Assembly: GCA_963774015.1 (NCBI GenBank)
Contig: CAVZDH010000011.1
Coordinates: 96,573-160,572 of the forward strand
Direction of reading: 5' to 3'
Source: an uncultured delta proteobacterium
Lineage (GTDB): Bacteria; Desulfobacterota; Binatia; UTPRO1
DNA: 64,000 nt
Under the pieces are notes generated by a model. The model did no database searches. It was given only the letters and a program-made list of their open reading frames with translations, and was not told the DNA's origin. The stretch's first letter is position 1, and every line of letters begins with the position of its first letter. The translations under genes and the position numbers were made by a program. Of the stretch, positions 18,814-28,475 are shown piece by piece.

Positions 18814-20079
18814 TTGACGTCGCGCTTCACCGCCGCATATGCGAGCGCGATGCCCGCGCCGGCCACAGCGACCGCGCCGCTCGCCGGCGTTCGCGTCCTC
18901 GAGGTGGCAAACTGGCTCGCCGCACCGGCCGCGGGCGCGCTCATGGCGGATCTCGGCGCCGACGTCGTGAAGATCGAGCCCCCCGAGGGCGACGTCTTCC
19001 GCGGCTACCGCATGACCTCGATGGGCTACTCGCGGCCGTTCGAGCACAACTACGCCTTCGAGTGCGACAATCGCGGCAAGCGCTCGATGACGGTGGCGCT
19101 CGACCGTCCGGGCGGCCCCGCGCTCGTGCGCCGGCTCGCCGCGCGCTTCGACGTGTTCCTCACCAACCTCATCGAGCCGCGCGCCGTCCGCTACGGCCTC
19201 GGATGGGACGACATCCGCGCCGTGAGCCCGCGCGTCGTCTACACCGCCTTCAGCGGCTACGGTCGCCGCGGCCCCGACCAAAGCCGGCCGGGCTTCGACT
19301 ACGCGGCTTTCTGGGCGCGCTCCGGCATCATGGGTCTTCTCGGCGAGCCGCCGTCGCCGCCGCCGCTCTGCCGCGCGGGACAAGGCGACCACACGACCGC
19401 GCTCAACCTCCTCGCGGCCGTGCTCGCCGCGCTCCGCGTCCGCGACCGCACCGACCAAGCGCAATACGTCGAGGTGACGCTGCAAGGCACGGGCATGTAC
19501 ACGCTCGCGACCGACTTCCAGGCGGCGCTGGTGGCGCGCGAGCAGCCACGCCGGCACGACCGCTCCCGTCCCGCGAATCCCATCTGGAACTCCTATCGCT
19601 GTGCCGACGACGAGTGGGTGCTACTCGTCATGCCGCAGCCCGATCCGTACTGGCCGCGTTTCTGCGCCGCGATCGACAAGCCCGCGTGGGCGGCCGACCC
19701 GCGCTACGACTCGCTCGCCAAGCGGCGCGACGAGACCGCGACGCTGACGCCCGCGATCGCCGCGGCGTTCGCGACGCGCCCCCGCGCGTACTGGAGCGAG
19801 CGTCTCGACGCGCACGGCCTCATCTGGGCCCCGGTCGCGACGCTCCCCGAGGTGATCGCCGACCCGCAGGCGCGCGCGATGGGGTGGATCACGACGATCG
19901 ATCACCCGACGTACGGCGCGTTCGAAACCATCGGGACACCGTTCCACATCGCGGGCGCCGACGTCGGCCCGCGCGGCGGCGCTCCGGACGCGGGCGCGCA
20001 CACGTTGGAGCTCCTGGCCGAGCTCGGCGTCGACGACGACGAGCTCGCGCGCCTCGCGGCCGACGGCGTCATCGGCTGA
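18814..20079 (+). CDS. family III CoA-transferase (CaiB/BaiF)
   Basis: VRVLEVANWLAAPAAGALMADLGADVVKIEPPEGD signature; 421 aa. Confidence 0.9.
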   Translation: MTSRFTAAYASAMPAPATATAPLAGVRVLEVANWLAAPAAGALMADLGADVVKIEPPEGDVFRGYRMTSMGYSRPFEHNYAFECDNRGKRSMTVALDRPGGPALVRRLAARFDVFLTNLIEPRAVRYGLGWDDIRAVSPRVVYTAFSGYGRRGPDQSRPGFDYAAFWARSGIMGLLGEPPSPPPLCRAGQGDHTTALNLLAAVLAALRVRDRTDQAQYVEVTLQGTGMYTLATDFQAALVAREQPRRHDRSRPANPIWNSYRCADDEWVLLVMPQPDPYWPRFCAAIDKPAWAADPRYDSLAKRRDETATLTPAIAAAFATRPRAYWSERLDAHGLIWAPVATLPEVIADPQARAMGWITTIDHPTYGAFETIGTPFHIAGADVGPRGGAPDAGAHTLELLAELGVDDDELARLAADGVIG

Positions 20080-20168
20080 AGGCCTCCGGATCGCTGATGC
20101 GCGCCCGCCCGGGCTCAGGTGCGATCGCCACTCGCCTGCGATGCGACCGCTGTGGTAGCCGAAGCGGC

Positions 20169-21707
20169 ATGACGTCGTTCCGATTGCGCCGACGCCTTGC
20201 CGCGTCCCTGCTGCTGCTCGGCTGCGTCGTGCCGTCGGCCGCGGTCGCGCAGAGCAAGCGCTACGTCTGGGGCGGCTACGCCCGCACCCCGCAGCACGAC
20301 GCGCTCGCCGACGTGGCGGCGCAGCCGCTACAGCGGGTTCGCTGGCAGACGCCCGTCGACCTCGCGCCGCAGTACATCGGCTCGAACCTGCTCATCCACT
20401 ACGGGTCCCCGCTCGCGACGCGGAAGAACACCATCATCGTGCCGGTGAAGAGCGGCGCCACCGGGGGATTCCAGGTCGAAGGCCGGCGCGGGGCCGACGG
20501 CACCTTGCTGTGGACGCATCCCTCCGACTACCTCCTGCCGCCGCACGACTGGACGCCGAGCTTCGCGCCCGCGCTCGGCCGGAACAAGCTCTGGATCCCG
20601 GCGGCCGGCGGCACCCTCGAGAGCCGCACGCGCGTCGACGCGACGAGCCGCGCCCGCATCGGTCGCGTCGCGTTCTACGGAAACGCGAGCTACGCGGCGA
20701 ACCCCGCCGCCTACGCGAGCTCGGTCTTCATCAACACGCCGCTCACCGTCGACAGAAGCGGTAACGTGTTCTTCGGCTTCCAGGTGACGGACGTGAACCC
20801 GAGTGGCCTCGCGGGCGGCATCGCGCGGGTCTCGAACCGCGGCGTCGGCACCTGGGTGACGGCCTCCGCCGCGAGCGGTGATCCCGCCATGACGAAGGTG
20901 CCGCACGGCAGCGCGCCGGCGGTCACGCGCGACGGCAAGACCGTGTACGTCGCGGTGAGCGACGGCGACGGATGGGGAAGCGGCGTCGGGTATCTCCTCG
21001 CCCTCGACGCGAAGACGCTCGCGACCCGCGCCGCGGTCCGGCTCCGCGATCCGAAGATTCCGACCAACGACGCGCTCCTCGACGACGACGGCACGGCGTC
21101 GCCGACGATCGGTCCCGACGGCGACGTCTACTTCGGTGTGCTCGAGAATCCCTTCCCCTCCAACCACGCGCGCGGGTGGCTGCTCCACCTCGACCCGAGC
21201 CTCGCCCCCGCAGGGCCTCCGGGTGCCTTCGGATGGGACGACACCGCATCGATCGTCCCGCGGAGCCTTGTCCCGTCCTACCTCGGCACGTCCGACTATC
21301 TCCTGATGACGAAATACAACGACTATGCCGGCATCGGCGGCAGCGGCGTGAACCGCATCGCCGTCCTCGATCCCAACGCCGGCATGACGGATCCCGTCTC
21401 GGGGATCGCGGTCATGAGCGAGGTGCTGACCGTCGCCGGCCCGACCCCCGACCCCGACTTCCCCGGCTCGCCGACCGCGGTCCGCGAGTGGTGCATCAAC
21501 ACCGCCGCCGTCGATCCGCGCACCGGCTCGATCCTCGCGAACAACGAGGACGGCACGCTCTATCGCTGGGATCTCGCGACCGGCGCGCTGACCGAGAGCC
21601 TCGCGCTCACCACCGGGCTCGGCGAGGCCTACACCCCGACGATCGTCGGACCCGACGGCACCGTCTACGCGATCAACGACGCGACGCTGTTCGCCGTCGG
21701 GCAGTGA
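20169..21707 (+). CDS. secreted beta-propeller-like repeat protein (PQQ/BamB-like repeats)
   Basis: ATG at 20169 and signal peptide MTSFRLRRRLAASLLLLGCVVPSAAVAQ. Recurrent motifs DRSGNVFFG, RDGKTVYVAV, GPDGDVYFGV, EDGTLYRWD and GPDGTVYAIND. Confidence 0.75.
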   Translation: MTSFRLRRRLAASLLLLGCVVPSAAVAQSKRYVWGGYARTPQHDALADVAAQPLQRVRWQTPVDLAPQYIGSNLLIHYGSPLATRKNTIIVPVKSGATGGFQVEGRRGADGTLLWTHPSDYLLPPHDWTPSFAPALGRNKLWIPAAGGTLESRTRVDATSRARIGRVAFYGNASYAANPAAYASSVFINTPLTVDRSGNVFFGFQVTDVNPSGLAGGIARVSNRGVGTWVTASAASGDPAMTKVPHGSAPAVTRDGKTVYVAVSDGDGWGSGVGYLLALDAKTLATRAAVRLRDPKIPTNDALLDDDGTASPTIGPDGDVYFGVLENPFPSNHARGWLLHLDPSLAPAGPPGAFGWDDTASIVPRSLVPSYLGTSDYLLMTKYNDYAGIGGSGVNRIAVLDPNAGMTDPVSGIAVMSEVLTVAGPTPDPDFPGSPTAVREWCINTAAVDPRTGSILANNEDGTLYRWDLATGALTESLALTTGLGEAYTPTIVGPDGTVYAINDATLFAVGQ

Positions 21708-21718
21708 GGAGGGCCGAC

Positions 21719-22471
21719 GTGGCGGGATACGCGCCGGGGCGCCGACCAACCGAACCCGAGCTCCGCGCCACCAACCAGCGCTTCTTCGACGACCTCTGGC
21801 GCGACGCGCACCTCATCGGCCCCGAGCGCTTCAATACCTGGCCGCTCGTCCGCGAGCTGGCCGCGACCGCGGGGCACCGGCTCGAGGTCGCTCCCGGTCT
21901 CCGTCCGCGCCTGCCGATCGTGGGCACGCATTTCGTCGACATCAGCACGCCGGCGGTCGATTGCCTGCGCAGACGCGGCGGCCACGGGGCGCGCGGCTCG
22001 ATCACGGCCTTGCCCTTTCCCGATGCGTACTTCACGCTCGTCTGCGCGCTCGACATCGTGGAGCACGTCGACGACGACGATCGCGCGCTCGCGGAGCTGG
22101 TACGAGTGGCGGCGCCGGGCGCGACGTTCCTCCTGTCGATCCCGCTCCATCCCGAGCGTTGGACGACGCTCGACGAGCTCGTCGGACATTGTCGTCGCTA
22201 CGAGCCCACGCGGCTGCTCGCGATGCTCGACCAGCACGGCCTGGTCGTCGAGCGGACGGCCGAGCACTCGATGCAGCCGAAGTCGTCGCGACTCATCGAC
22301 TGCGGCATGTGGTTTCTCGTCCACAAGCGCGGCCGCGCCATCTGGTGGTACAACCACGTTTTCATGCCGCTCGCGCTCCGTTTCGAGCGGAAGCTCGCCT
22401 TGACGCCCGGTTTGGTGGATCTGGATCGGGCGGACGAGATCCTCCTGGTGTGCCGCCGACGCGACCCCTGA
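21719..22471 (+). CDS. putative class I SAM-dependent methyltransferase
   Basis: GTG at 21719 with GGAGGG 5 nt upstream, directly after the propeller gene stop. LDIVEHVDDDDRALAELVRVAAPGATFLLSIP resembles Methyltransf_11/23. Confidence 0.6.
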   Translation: MAGYAPGRRPTEPELRATNQRFFDDLWRDAHLIGPERFNTWPLVRELAATAGHRLEVAPGLRPRLPIVGTHFVDISTPAVDCLRRRGGHGARGSITALPFPDAYFTLVCALDIVEHVDDDDRALAELVRVAAPGATFLLSIPLHPERWTTLDELVGHCRRYEPTRLLAMLDQHGLVVERTAEHSMQPKSSRLIDCGMWFLVHKRGRAIWWYNHVFMPLALRFERKLALTPGLVDLDRADEILLVCRRRDP

Positions 22472-22491
22472 GGGGCAGTTTCGAGAAGGTG

Positions 22492-22514
22492 TCCCGCCGT
22501 CATGGCGGGATTTT
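22492..22514 (+). terminator. Rho-independent terminator
   Basis: TCCCGCC-GTCAT-GGCGGGA followed by TTTT, about 20 nt after the methyltransferase stop. Confidence 0.7.
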
Positions 22515-22585
22515 GCTGGTGTGCTTCTTGCGAGGTAGGCTCCTGACGTCAACGGCAACCGTGCAACCCAACAAGGAGGTGTCTC

Positions 22586-22795
22586 GTGGGAGACAGCGTG
22601 TACAAGATCATCGAGCTCGTGGGGACCAGCAGCGAGTCCTGGGAGAAGGCCGCCAAGACCGCGGTCGAGCGCGCAACGAAGACCCTCCGCGATCTTCGGG
22701 TCGCGGAGGTCCTGCAACTCGACATGACGGTCGAGGACGGCAAAGTCGCGCTCTACCGCACGAAGGTGAAGGTCTCCTTCAAGTACGAGGACTAG
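22586..22795 (+). CDS. dodecin family flavin-binding protein
   Basis: VYKIIELVGTSSESWEKAAKTAVERATKTLRDLRVAEV is a close dodecin signature. GTG at 22586 has AAGGAGG 6 nt upstream. Confidence 0.88.
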   Translation: MGDSVYKIIELVGTSSESWEKAAKTAVERATKTLRDLRVAEVLQLDMTVEDGKVALYRTKVKVSFKYED

Positions 22796-22798
22796 CGC

Positions 22799-24274
22799 TC
22801 AGTGCCACTGCGAGGGGGGCGGCGGCCCGCCGCTCTCCTCGCGACGGGCCGCTGCCTGCTGCATCTCGGCAACGGCGCGCTCGAAGCCGCGCGCGATCTC
22901 CTCGGGCGCGGCCACGGCTCGCGGACAGGTGATCAGCCCCACGTCCACCGAGCCGGCGTAGCTGATGATGCTGATGTTGATGCCGGCACCCTCGAGCACC
23001 GGCCCGACGGGATACGCGGCGACGAGCCGCGTATCGTCCAAGTAGAGTGGAAAGGGCGGGCCCGGCACGCTCGAGATGACGACGCTGTGCGGTGGCGGCA
23101 GTCGCTCGGCGAGCTCCCAGCGCGAGTACAGAGCCGCGGCCCGCGCGAACAACGCCGGCGGCGCGAGCTCGGCCCAGTCGGCGAGCATGGCGGTGCCGAA
23201 CGAGCCGTGTACGCGCTTGGCACCGGTCGACTGCGCGTGGACGAACGCGAGGACGTCCGCGACGCTCGTGAGCTGCACCGGCAGCCCGACGAACATCACC
23301 GAGACCCGGTTGTTGAGCCCCTCGGGGCCTTCCGTGCCGTGCTCGGAGACCGGAACGCTCGCGACCAGCGGCTCATGCGGGTCGTCGCCGTGCGCGCGGA
23401 GGTAGTCCCCCAACGCCCGCGTACATGCCGCCAGCAGGACGTCGTTGACGGTGACGGAGAAGGCCGCCTTCACCTCTTTCACGGCGGCGAGCGGGACGCT
23501 CCCGAACGCGACGAGACGTTCGGGCGTGAGGGCCCGATTCAGCATCGTCCGCGGCGAGGAGAACGGCAGAACCGGCGAGATCTCCGCCGCGGCGTTCGAA
23601 AGTGACGTCCGCACGACCGGCGCCACGGCGCGCGCGGTACGCAGCAACGTCCGCGCGACTTTGGCGGGGGTCGCGAGCGCCGACCAGATCGCCGATACCG
23701 CCAACGTCACGGCGGAAGGTCCGGGGTCGGGTGCGGCCCCATCGGCAGCGCCGGCCGGCCGCGCCCGCGGCGCGTCGGCGAACAGGCGCCCCAACACCTC
23801 GACGCCGGACATGCCGTCCAGAATGGCGTGATGGACTTTGAGCACGATACCGACCCGGCCGCCTTCGATGCCGGCGATCGCCCAGAGCTCCCAGAGCGGC
23901 CGCGTCCGATCGACGGGCTCTTCGGCGATCCGCGCTACGGTGGCGGCGAGCTCCGTGAGGGAACCCGGTGGCGGCAAGGTCAGGAGATGCAGGTGCTCGC
24001 GAAGGTCCACCGATGCGACGTCCACCCATGCCGGATGCGCGATCGCAAGCGGCTCCTCGACGAGTCGCCTGCGGAACGCCTCCTGCTCGACGAGGCGTTG
24101 CCACACCCTCTCGGCGATCGCCGCGGCGACCATCTCGGGATCCGGTGGCTCGCCGTTCGGCAGCGACCACGCGCGCGGCTCGAAGAGCATCGTCGCCGTC
24201 ACGTGCATGTGCTGGCTCGGCGTCTCCATGTAGAGAAACGCCGCATCGAAGCCACGTAATCGTTCGACGGTCAT
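22799..24274 (-). CDS. wax ester synthase / diacylglycerol acyltransferase (WS/DGAT)
   Basis: Active-site HHAILDGMSG and FLYMETPSQHMHV N-terminus. ATG at 24274 within track ORF 22799..25027. Confidence 0.92.
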   Translation of the reverse strand: MTVERLRGFDAAFLYMETPSQHMHVTATMLFEPRAWSLPNGEPPDPEMVAAAIAERVWQRLVEQEAFRRRLVEEPLAIAHPAWVDVASVDLREHLHLLTLPPPGSLTELAATVARIAEEPVDRTRPLWELWAIAGIEGGRVGIVLKVHHAILDGMSGVEVLGRLFADAPRARPAGAADGAAPDPGPSAVTLAVSAIWSALATPAKVARTLLRTARAVAPVVRTSLSNAAAEISPVLPFSSPRTMLNRALTPERLVAFGSVPLAAVKEVKAAFSVTVNDVLLAACTRALGDYLRAHGDDPHEPLVASVPVSEHGTEGPEGLNNRVSVMFVGLPVQLTSVADVLAFVHAQSTGAKRVHGSFGTAMLADWAELAPPALFARAAALYSRWELAERLPPPHSVVISSVPGPPFPLYLDDTRLVAAYPVGPVLEGAGINISIISYAGSVDVGLITCPRAVAAPEEIARGFERAVAEMQQAAARREESGGPPPPSQWH

Positions 24275-24330
24275 GCCCGCCTCCGGCCGAACGTCGGCGC
24301 ATGCCCGACGCCTCTTACGAGGAAACCAGG

Positions 24331-25323
24331 CTATATGCTCGCCGCTTCGTGCTCCCACTTCAAGATGTCGAGCTCGTGAAATCGCTCGCGGAGCCACGGC
24401 GTCAGGAGACCGAGCCGCTTGCAGTTCGGCACCACCTTCGAGAACAGCATCTTCTGGAACTCGCGCATGATCTCGGACTGCATGACGATCTCGTGGGTCT
24501 CCTCGATCGGGAGGCCCATCTCCTGCCACACCTCGACCGCATAGAGACGGTCGCGCATGAGCCGGCACCCTTCGTAGGTGAACTCCTCGCGCTCCCGCAT
24601 GTCGCGCTCGTTGAAGTCCTTGTAGACGCCCTCGAGCGAGAGCACCCCGAATGCGACGTGGCGCGACTCGTCGCGCATGATGTACTGCGTGAGCTGCTTC
24701 AGGAGCGGCTCGTTCGAGAACTTCTCCATGAGGCCGAAGGCCGCCATGGCGAGGCCCTCCACCAGGATCTGCATGCCGAGATACTTCATGTCCCAGCGCG
24801 AGTCGGTGAGGATCTGATCGAGCAGGGTCTTCAGATGCGGATTGATCGGATATTCCTTCTTGATCTTGTCGCGGAGGTAGTGGTCGTAGGTCTCGACGTG
24901 GCGCGCCTCGTCCATGACCTGCGTGGCCGCGTAATATTTCGCGTCGATCCACGGCACCGCGTCGACGATCTGCGCGGTCGCGAGGAGGGCGCCCTGCTCG
25001 CCGTGCAGGAACTGCGAGAGGCTCCACGAGAGCTGCTCCTGGCGGAACTTGCGGATCTCACGCTCCGTGAACTTGCCCCAGAGATGGGTTCCGAAGAGCG
25101 GGTTGTTCATGTCGGGGACGTTCTCGGCCTCGGGGTCGACGTCGATCGACCAATCGAGCGCGGTCGCCTGATCCCACTGGTTCTGCTTGGCCTTCTCGTA
25201 GAGGTTGCGGAGGCCGACTTTGAAGGTGTCGTAACTCCACGTGTAACAGGTATCGAAGGTGGTCGAGAGGTGCTCGGTGAAGTCCTCGACGGCAGAGAGG
25301 TGAGCGACGGCGGGCTCGGTCAT
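24331..25323 (-). CDS. ferritin-like di-iron carboxylate protein (R2/AurF/desaturase-like oxygenase fold)
   Basis: Two E...DExRH sets (DEARHVE, DESRHVAFG). ATG at 25323 overlaps the TetR TGA as ATGA. Confidence 0.8.
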   Translation of the reverse strand: MTEPAVAHLSAVEDFTEHLSTTFDTCYTWSYDTFKVGLRNLYEKAKQNQWDQATALDWSIDVDPEAENVPDMNNPLFGTHLWGKFTEREIRKFRQEQLSWSLSQFLHGEQGALLATAQIVDAVPWIDAKYYAATQVMDEARHVETYDHYLRDKIKKEYPINPHLKTLLDQILTDSRWDMKYLGMQILVEGLAMAAFGLMEKFSNEPLLKQLTQYIMRDESRHVAFGVLSLEGVYKDFNERDMREREEFTYEGCRLMRDRLYAVEVWQEMGLPIEETHEIVMQSEIMREFQKMLFSKVVPNCKRLGLLTPWLRERFHELDILKWEHEAASI

Positions 25324-25952
25324 TGGTGTTCTTCTCCTTGCACCGTCGTGCCCTGCGTGAGCATGCGGTGAGTCATGGAATTGATCTCTTCGATGGAGAC
25401 GTCCTGGTGGTCGATCCACCACGACGTGACTTGCGTGAGCATGCCGACGATGGCCTGGGCGGCGAACGCCGGCGGGAAGTCACGGAACACGCCGGCGGCG
25501 ACGCCCGCGGCGAAGTCGGTCTCGATGTCCGCGATGAAGATCTGATGGACCTCGCGCAGGAGCTCGTCGAATTGCGCGCTGTGGCCGAAGAGGATCTTGA
25601 AGACGTCGCGATTCTCGGCGGCGAAGCGGAAGAACGTCTCGCCGCCGACCCGGGCCCGCTCGAGGACGTCGGTGTGACCGGCCTTGGCGGCGTCCATCGC
25701 CTGCTTCGCGGCAAAGGCGGTCTCGCGCACGAGGTCGGCGAAGAGCGCGTCTTTGGTCGGGAAATAGAGATAGAAGGTACCCGTACCGACGTCGGCAGTC
25801 GCGGCAATGTCCGCGATCTTGGTGGCGTGGAAGCCCTTGGTCGCGAGCAATCGCTTGGCGGCGGCGAGAAGCTGACCGCGCGTCTTCGCCCGCCGGCGGT
25901 CCTGCCGGGTCAGGTCGTCGAGCTTGGTAACGGTCGCTGTACTAGTAGACAT
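25320..25952 (-). CDS. TetR family transcriptional regulator
   Basis: HTH LLATKGFHATKIADIAATADVGTGTFYLYFPTKDALF. ATG at 25952. Confidence 0.9.
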   Translation of the reverse strand: MSTSTATVTKLDDLTRQDRRRAKTRGQLLAAAKRLLATKGFHATKIADIAATADVGTGTFYLYFPTKDALFADLVRETAFAAKQAMDAAKAGHTDVLERARVGGETFFRFAAENRDVFKILFGHSAQFDELLREVHQIFIADIETDFAAGVAAGVFRDFPPAFAAQAIVGMLTQVTSWWIDHQDVSIEEINSMTHRMLTQGTTVQGEEHQ

Positions 25953-25970
25953 GGGGTTTGTGAATATCTG

Positions 25971-25993
25971 TTCAGAACTGAATCGCCGTTCAG
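25971..25993. promoter_or_regulatory. candidate TetR operator: TTCAG-AA-CTGAA inverted repeat plus a third TTCAG half-site
   Basis: AT-rich island in the 47-nt divergent gap between TetR (25952) and the PEP-utilizing gene (26000). Confidence 0.35.
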
Positions 25994-25999
25994 GAGTAA

Positions 26000-27688
26000 G
26001 TGGGTGACCGCGTAGTGTCAAGCCCCTTTTCCACCTCGCAGCCGATTTGGACTCGCCGGGTCGCGAGCGAGCTCTGGAGCGGACCCGTGACCCCGCTCAC
26101 TTACTCGCTCCTCGCCGAGGCGATGGCGGAGCACATGGTCCGGCGACCCCTTCGGACGGCGGGGCTCGACGACCTGGCCGAGCTGCCCGTGCTCCGCCAT
26201 CATGCGAGCCACGTCTACGTGAACGCGACGCTCCTCGCGGCAACGATCCGGCTCCTGCCGGGCGGCTTGCAGAGCGAAGGGCTGCTGGCGCTCGTTCCCG
26301 ACGTCGCCCGCGCCGGTATCGGAGCGGGTGCGTCGTGGGTCGCGGGCGGCATTCAGGCCTTCACGATCGCGGAGCGCGCATGGAGGAACGAGCCGGCCTG
26401 GGCGCCCTGGGAGCGCGCTGCGGCCTTCGACCGGGAGTGCGTCGAGGTCCGCCGCGGCTTTCAAAATCGGGCGACGTTCGGCGCCGAACCATTCGACGCG
26501 GAGCTCCGCGACGAGCTCGTCCACGTCGCCGAGCGCCTCGGACGGTTTCTCGACGTCGTGGGCTGGGGCATGGTCTTCGCCTATGTCTTCTTCCATCTCA
26601 TGCATGAGCTCGCGCGCCGTTGGGCGCCCGACCTCCCCGACGACCGTGCCGCGCTCACGATCGGCATCCCGGGCGTGGCGTCGCTCGAGGCGCACTACGA
26701 TCTCCACACGCTTTCGCGCTTGGTGCGGGCCGATCCGCTCGTCGCGGCCGCGCTGGCCGCCCACGACCCGGCGAAAGCCGGCGCGACCTTGCTGGACGAG
26801 GAGGGCGTGGCGGGCCAGGCATTCCGGCGCTTCCTGGAGCACCACGGGCACCGTCTGACCGGCCGCGATCTCTCCTGTCCGACCTGGTCCGAGTCGCCCG
26901 CAATGGTGATCGAGCTCGCGCTCGCGGCCGGCACCGATGCGGCCCTCGATCGCGCCGACCTCGTCCGGCGGCGCCTGGCGGCGACCGCCCGCATCGGTGC
27001 AGCGTTCGGCAGCGGGCCGATCGGGACGGCCCGACGCGCGGTCTTCGGATTCGTCCTCGACTACGCCCAGCGCTACTACGCGCTGCGCGAGAACATGCGC
27101 TATCACGCCGACTTCTTCCTCGCCCGCCTCCGCCAGGTAGTGCGCGCGATGGGGACGACGTTGGTCGCGCGCGGACGGCTGGCGGCGGTCGACGACGTCT
27201 TCTGGCTCGACGTCGAGGAGCTCGTGCACGCCCTCGAGGATCCGGCGCCGCTCGCCGACCGCATCGCGGCACGCCGAAGCGCGGCCGCCCGCGACGCCGA
27301 GGCGCCCCCGCCCGAGACGCTCGACGTCGACGCGCCGGCGGCGAGAGCCGCTCGGGATGCCCGCGTCCTCGCCGGCGAGGTCGGGGCTCCCGGACGCTGC
27401 ACCGGGGCGGCACGCGTCGTCCACGACCCCGACGACTTCGAGCGCGTCGCGACCGGCGACGTGCTCGTCGCGGTCTACACCGATCCGGGCTGGACCTCCG
27501 TGCTCGAGCGCGCCGCCGGGCTCGTGCTCGAAGCCGGCGGCGTGCTCTCGCACGGCGCGATCGTCGCACGCGAGCTCGGCATCCCGGCGCTCGTCGGCGT
27601 GGCCGATGCGACGCGGGTCATCCGCGACGGGGAGACCGTCGTCCTCGACACCCCAGCCGGCACCGTCACGCGCACCTCGAATGCGTGA
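26000..27688 (+). CDS. PEP-utilizing enzyme mobile (swivel) domain protein with an unassigned about 450-aa N-terminal region
   Basis: C-terminal GDVLVAVYTDPGWTSVLERAAGLVLEAGGVLSHGAIVARELGIPALVG phospho-His swivel domain. No ATP-grasp motifs recognised. Confidence 0.75.
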   Translation: MGDRVVSSPFSTSQPIWTRRVASELWSGPVTPLTYSLLAEAMAEHMVRRPLRTAGLDDLAELPVLRHHASHVYVNATLLAATIRLLPGGLQSEGLLALVPDVARAGIGAGASWVAGGIQAFTIAERAWRNEPAWAPWERAAAFDRECVEVRRGFQNRATFGAEPFDAELRDELVHVAERLGRFLDVVGWGMVFAYVFFHLMHELARRWAPDLPDDRAALTIGIPGVASLEAHYDLHTLSRLVRADPLVAAALAAHDPAKAGATLLDEEGVAGQAFRRFLEHHGHRLTGRDLSCPTWSESPAMVIELALAAGTDAALDRADLVRRRLAATARIGAAFGSGPIGTARRAVFGFVLDYAQRYYALRENMRYHADFFLARLRQVVRAMGTTLVARGRLAAVDDVFWLDVEELVHALEDPAPLADRIAARRSAAARDAEAPPPETLDVDAPAARAARDARVLAGEVGAPGRCTGAARVVHDPDDFERVATGDVLVAVYTDPGWTSVLERAAGLVLEAGGVLSHGAIVARELGIPALVGVADATRVIRDGETVVLDTPAGTVTRTSNA

Positions 27689-27733
27689 TCCGGCGCGCGC
27701 TGGCGGCGCACGCGGCCCGAGTACGCGCCCGGC

Positions 27734-28402
27734 TCACGCGACGCAGACCGAGTACTCGAGACCGTGGCCGAGCGGCACCGTCGTCGACTCGAAACCGTTC
27801 GCCGGCTCCCGCACGAACGCGACGTAGGACGCGAGCTCCTTCGGGAAGGTGAAGATGTTGTCCGCGAACACCACGGCGCCCTTGCGGAGCTTCGGGCGCA
27901 GGAGCCGGAGCATCGGCAGGTAGAGATCCTTCCAACCGTCGAGGAGCACGAGGTCGATCGGCGCCGGCAGGTCGGCGAAGGTCTCCATGGCATCGCCGTC
28001 GCGGATCTCGGCCACCGTCGCGAGCCCCGCGTCGGCGAGGTTCCGCCGCGCGGCCGCGAGCTTGTTCGGCTCGCGCTCGCTACCGACGAAGTGGCCGCCG
28101 TTCGCGCGCGCCGCGGCCGCCAAGTAGAGAGCGGAGATCCCGAACGAGGTGCCGAACTCGACGATCGTCCGCGCGTCGATCAGTCGCGCGGTGAGATAGA
28201 GGAGCTCGCCCTGCTCGGGACTGATCGGGATGTACGCGTCCTTCAGGTAGGGCACGACGCCGTCGAGCATCGACCCGCCCGTCAGCAGCGACCAGAGGCC
28301 GGCCGGCGCCGCCCGCACGAAGACCCAGCGGTCGCCCTTGGCGGCGGCGTACAGGCGAGCCAACGTCGCCGTCACTCGGGGATCTCTGAGCGCGTCGTGC
28401 AT
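27734..28402 (-). CDS. class I SAM-dependent O-methyltransferase (family 3-like)
   Basis: EFGTSFGISALYLAAA SAM motif and LLDGWKDLY; 222 aa. Confidence 0.75.
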   Translation of the reverse strand: MHDALRDPRVTATLARLYAAAKGDRWVFVRAAPAGLWSLLTGGSMLDGVVPYLKDAYIPISPEQGELLYLTARLIDARTIVEFGTSFGISALYLAAAARANGGHFVGSEREPNKLAAARRNLADAGLATVAEIRDGDAMETFADLPAPIDLVLLDGWKDLYLPMLRLLRPKLRKGAVVFADNIFTFPKELASYVAFVREPANGFESTTVPLGHGLEYSVCVA

Positions 28403-28475
28403 TGCGGCGTCTTCCGTGGTCGGTCACGAATACGAGCGACCACTCGCATTTACAACTCGCATTTCGGCCTGACGC

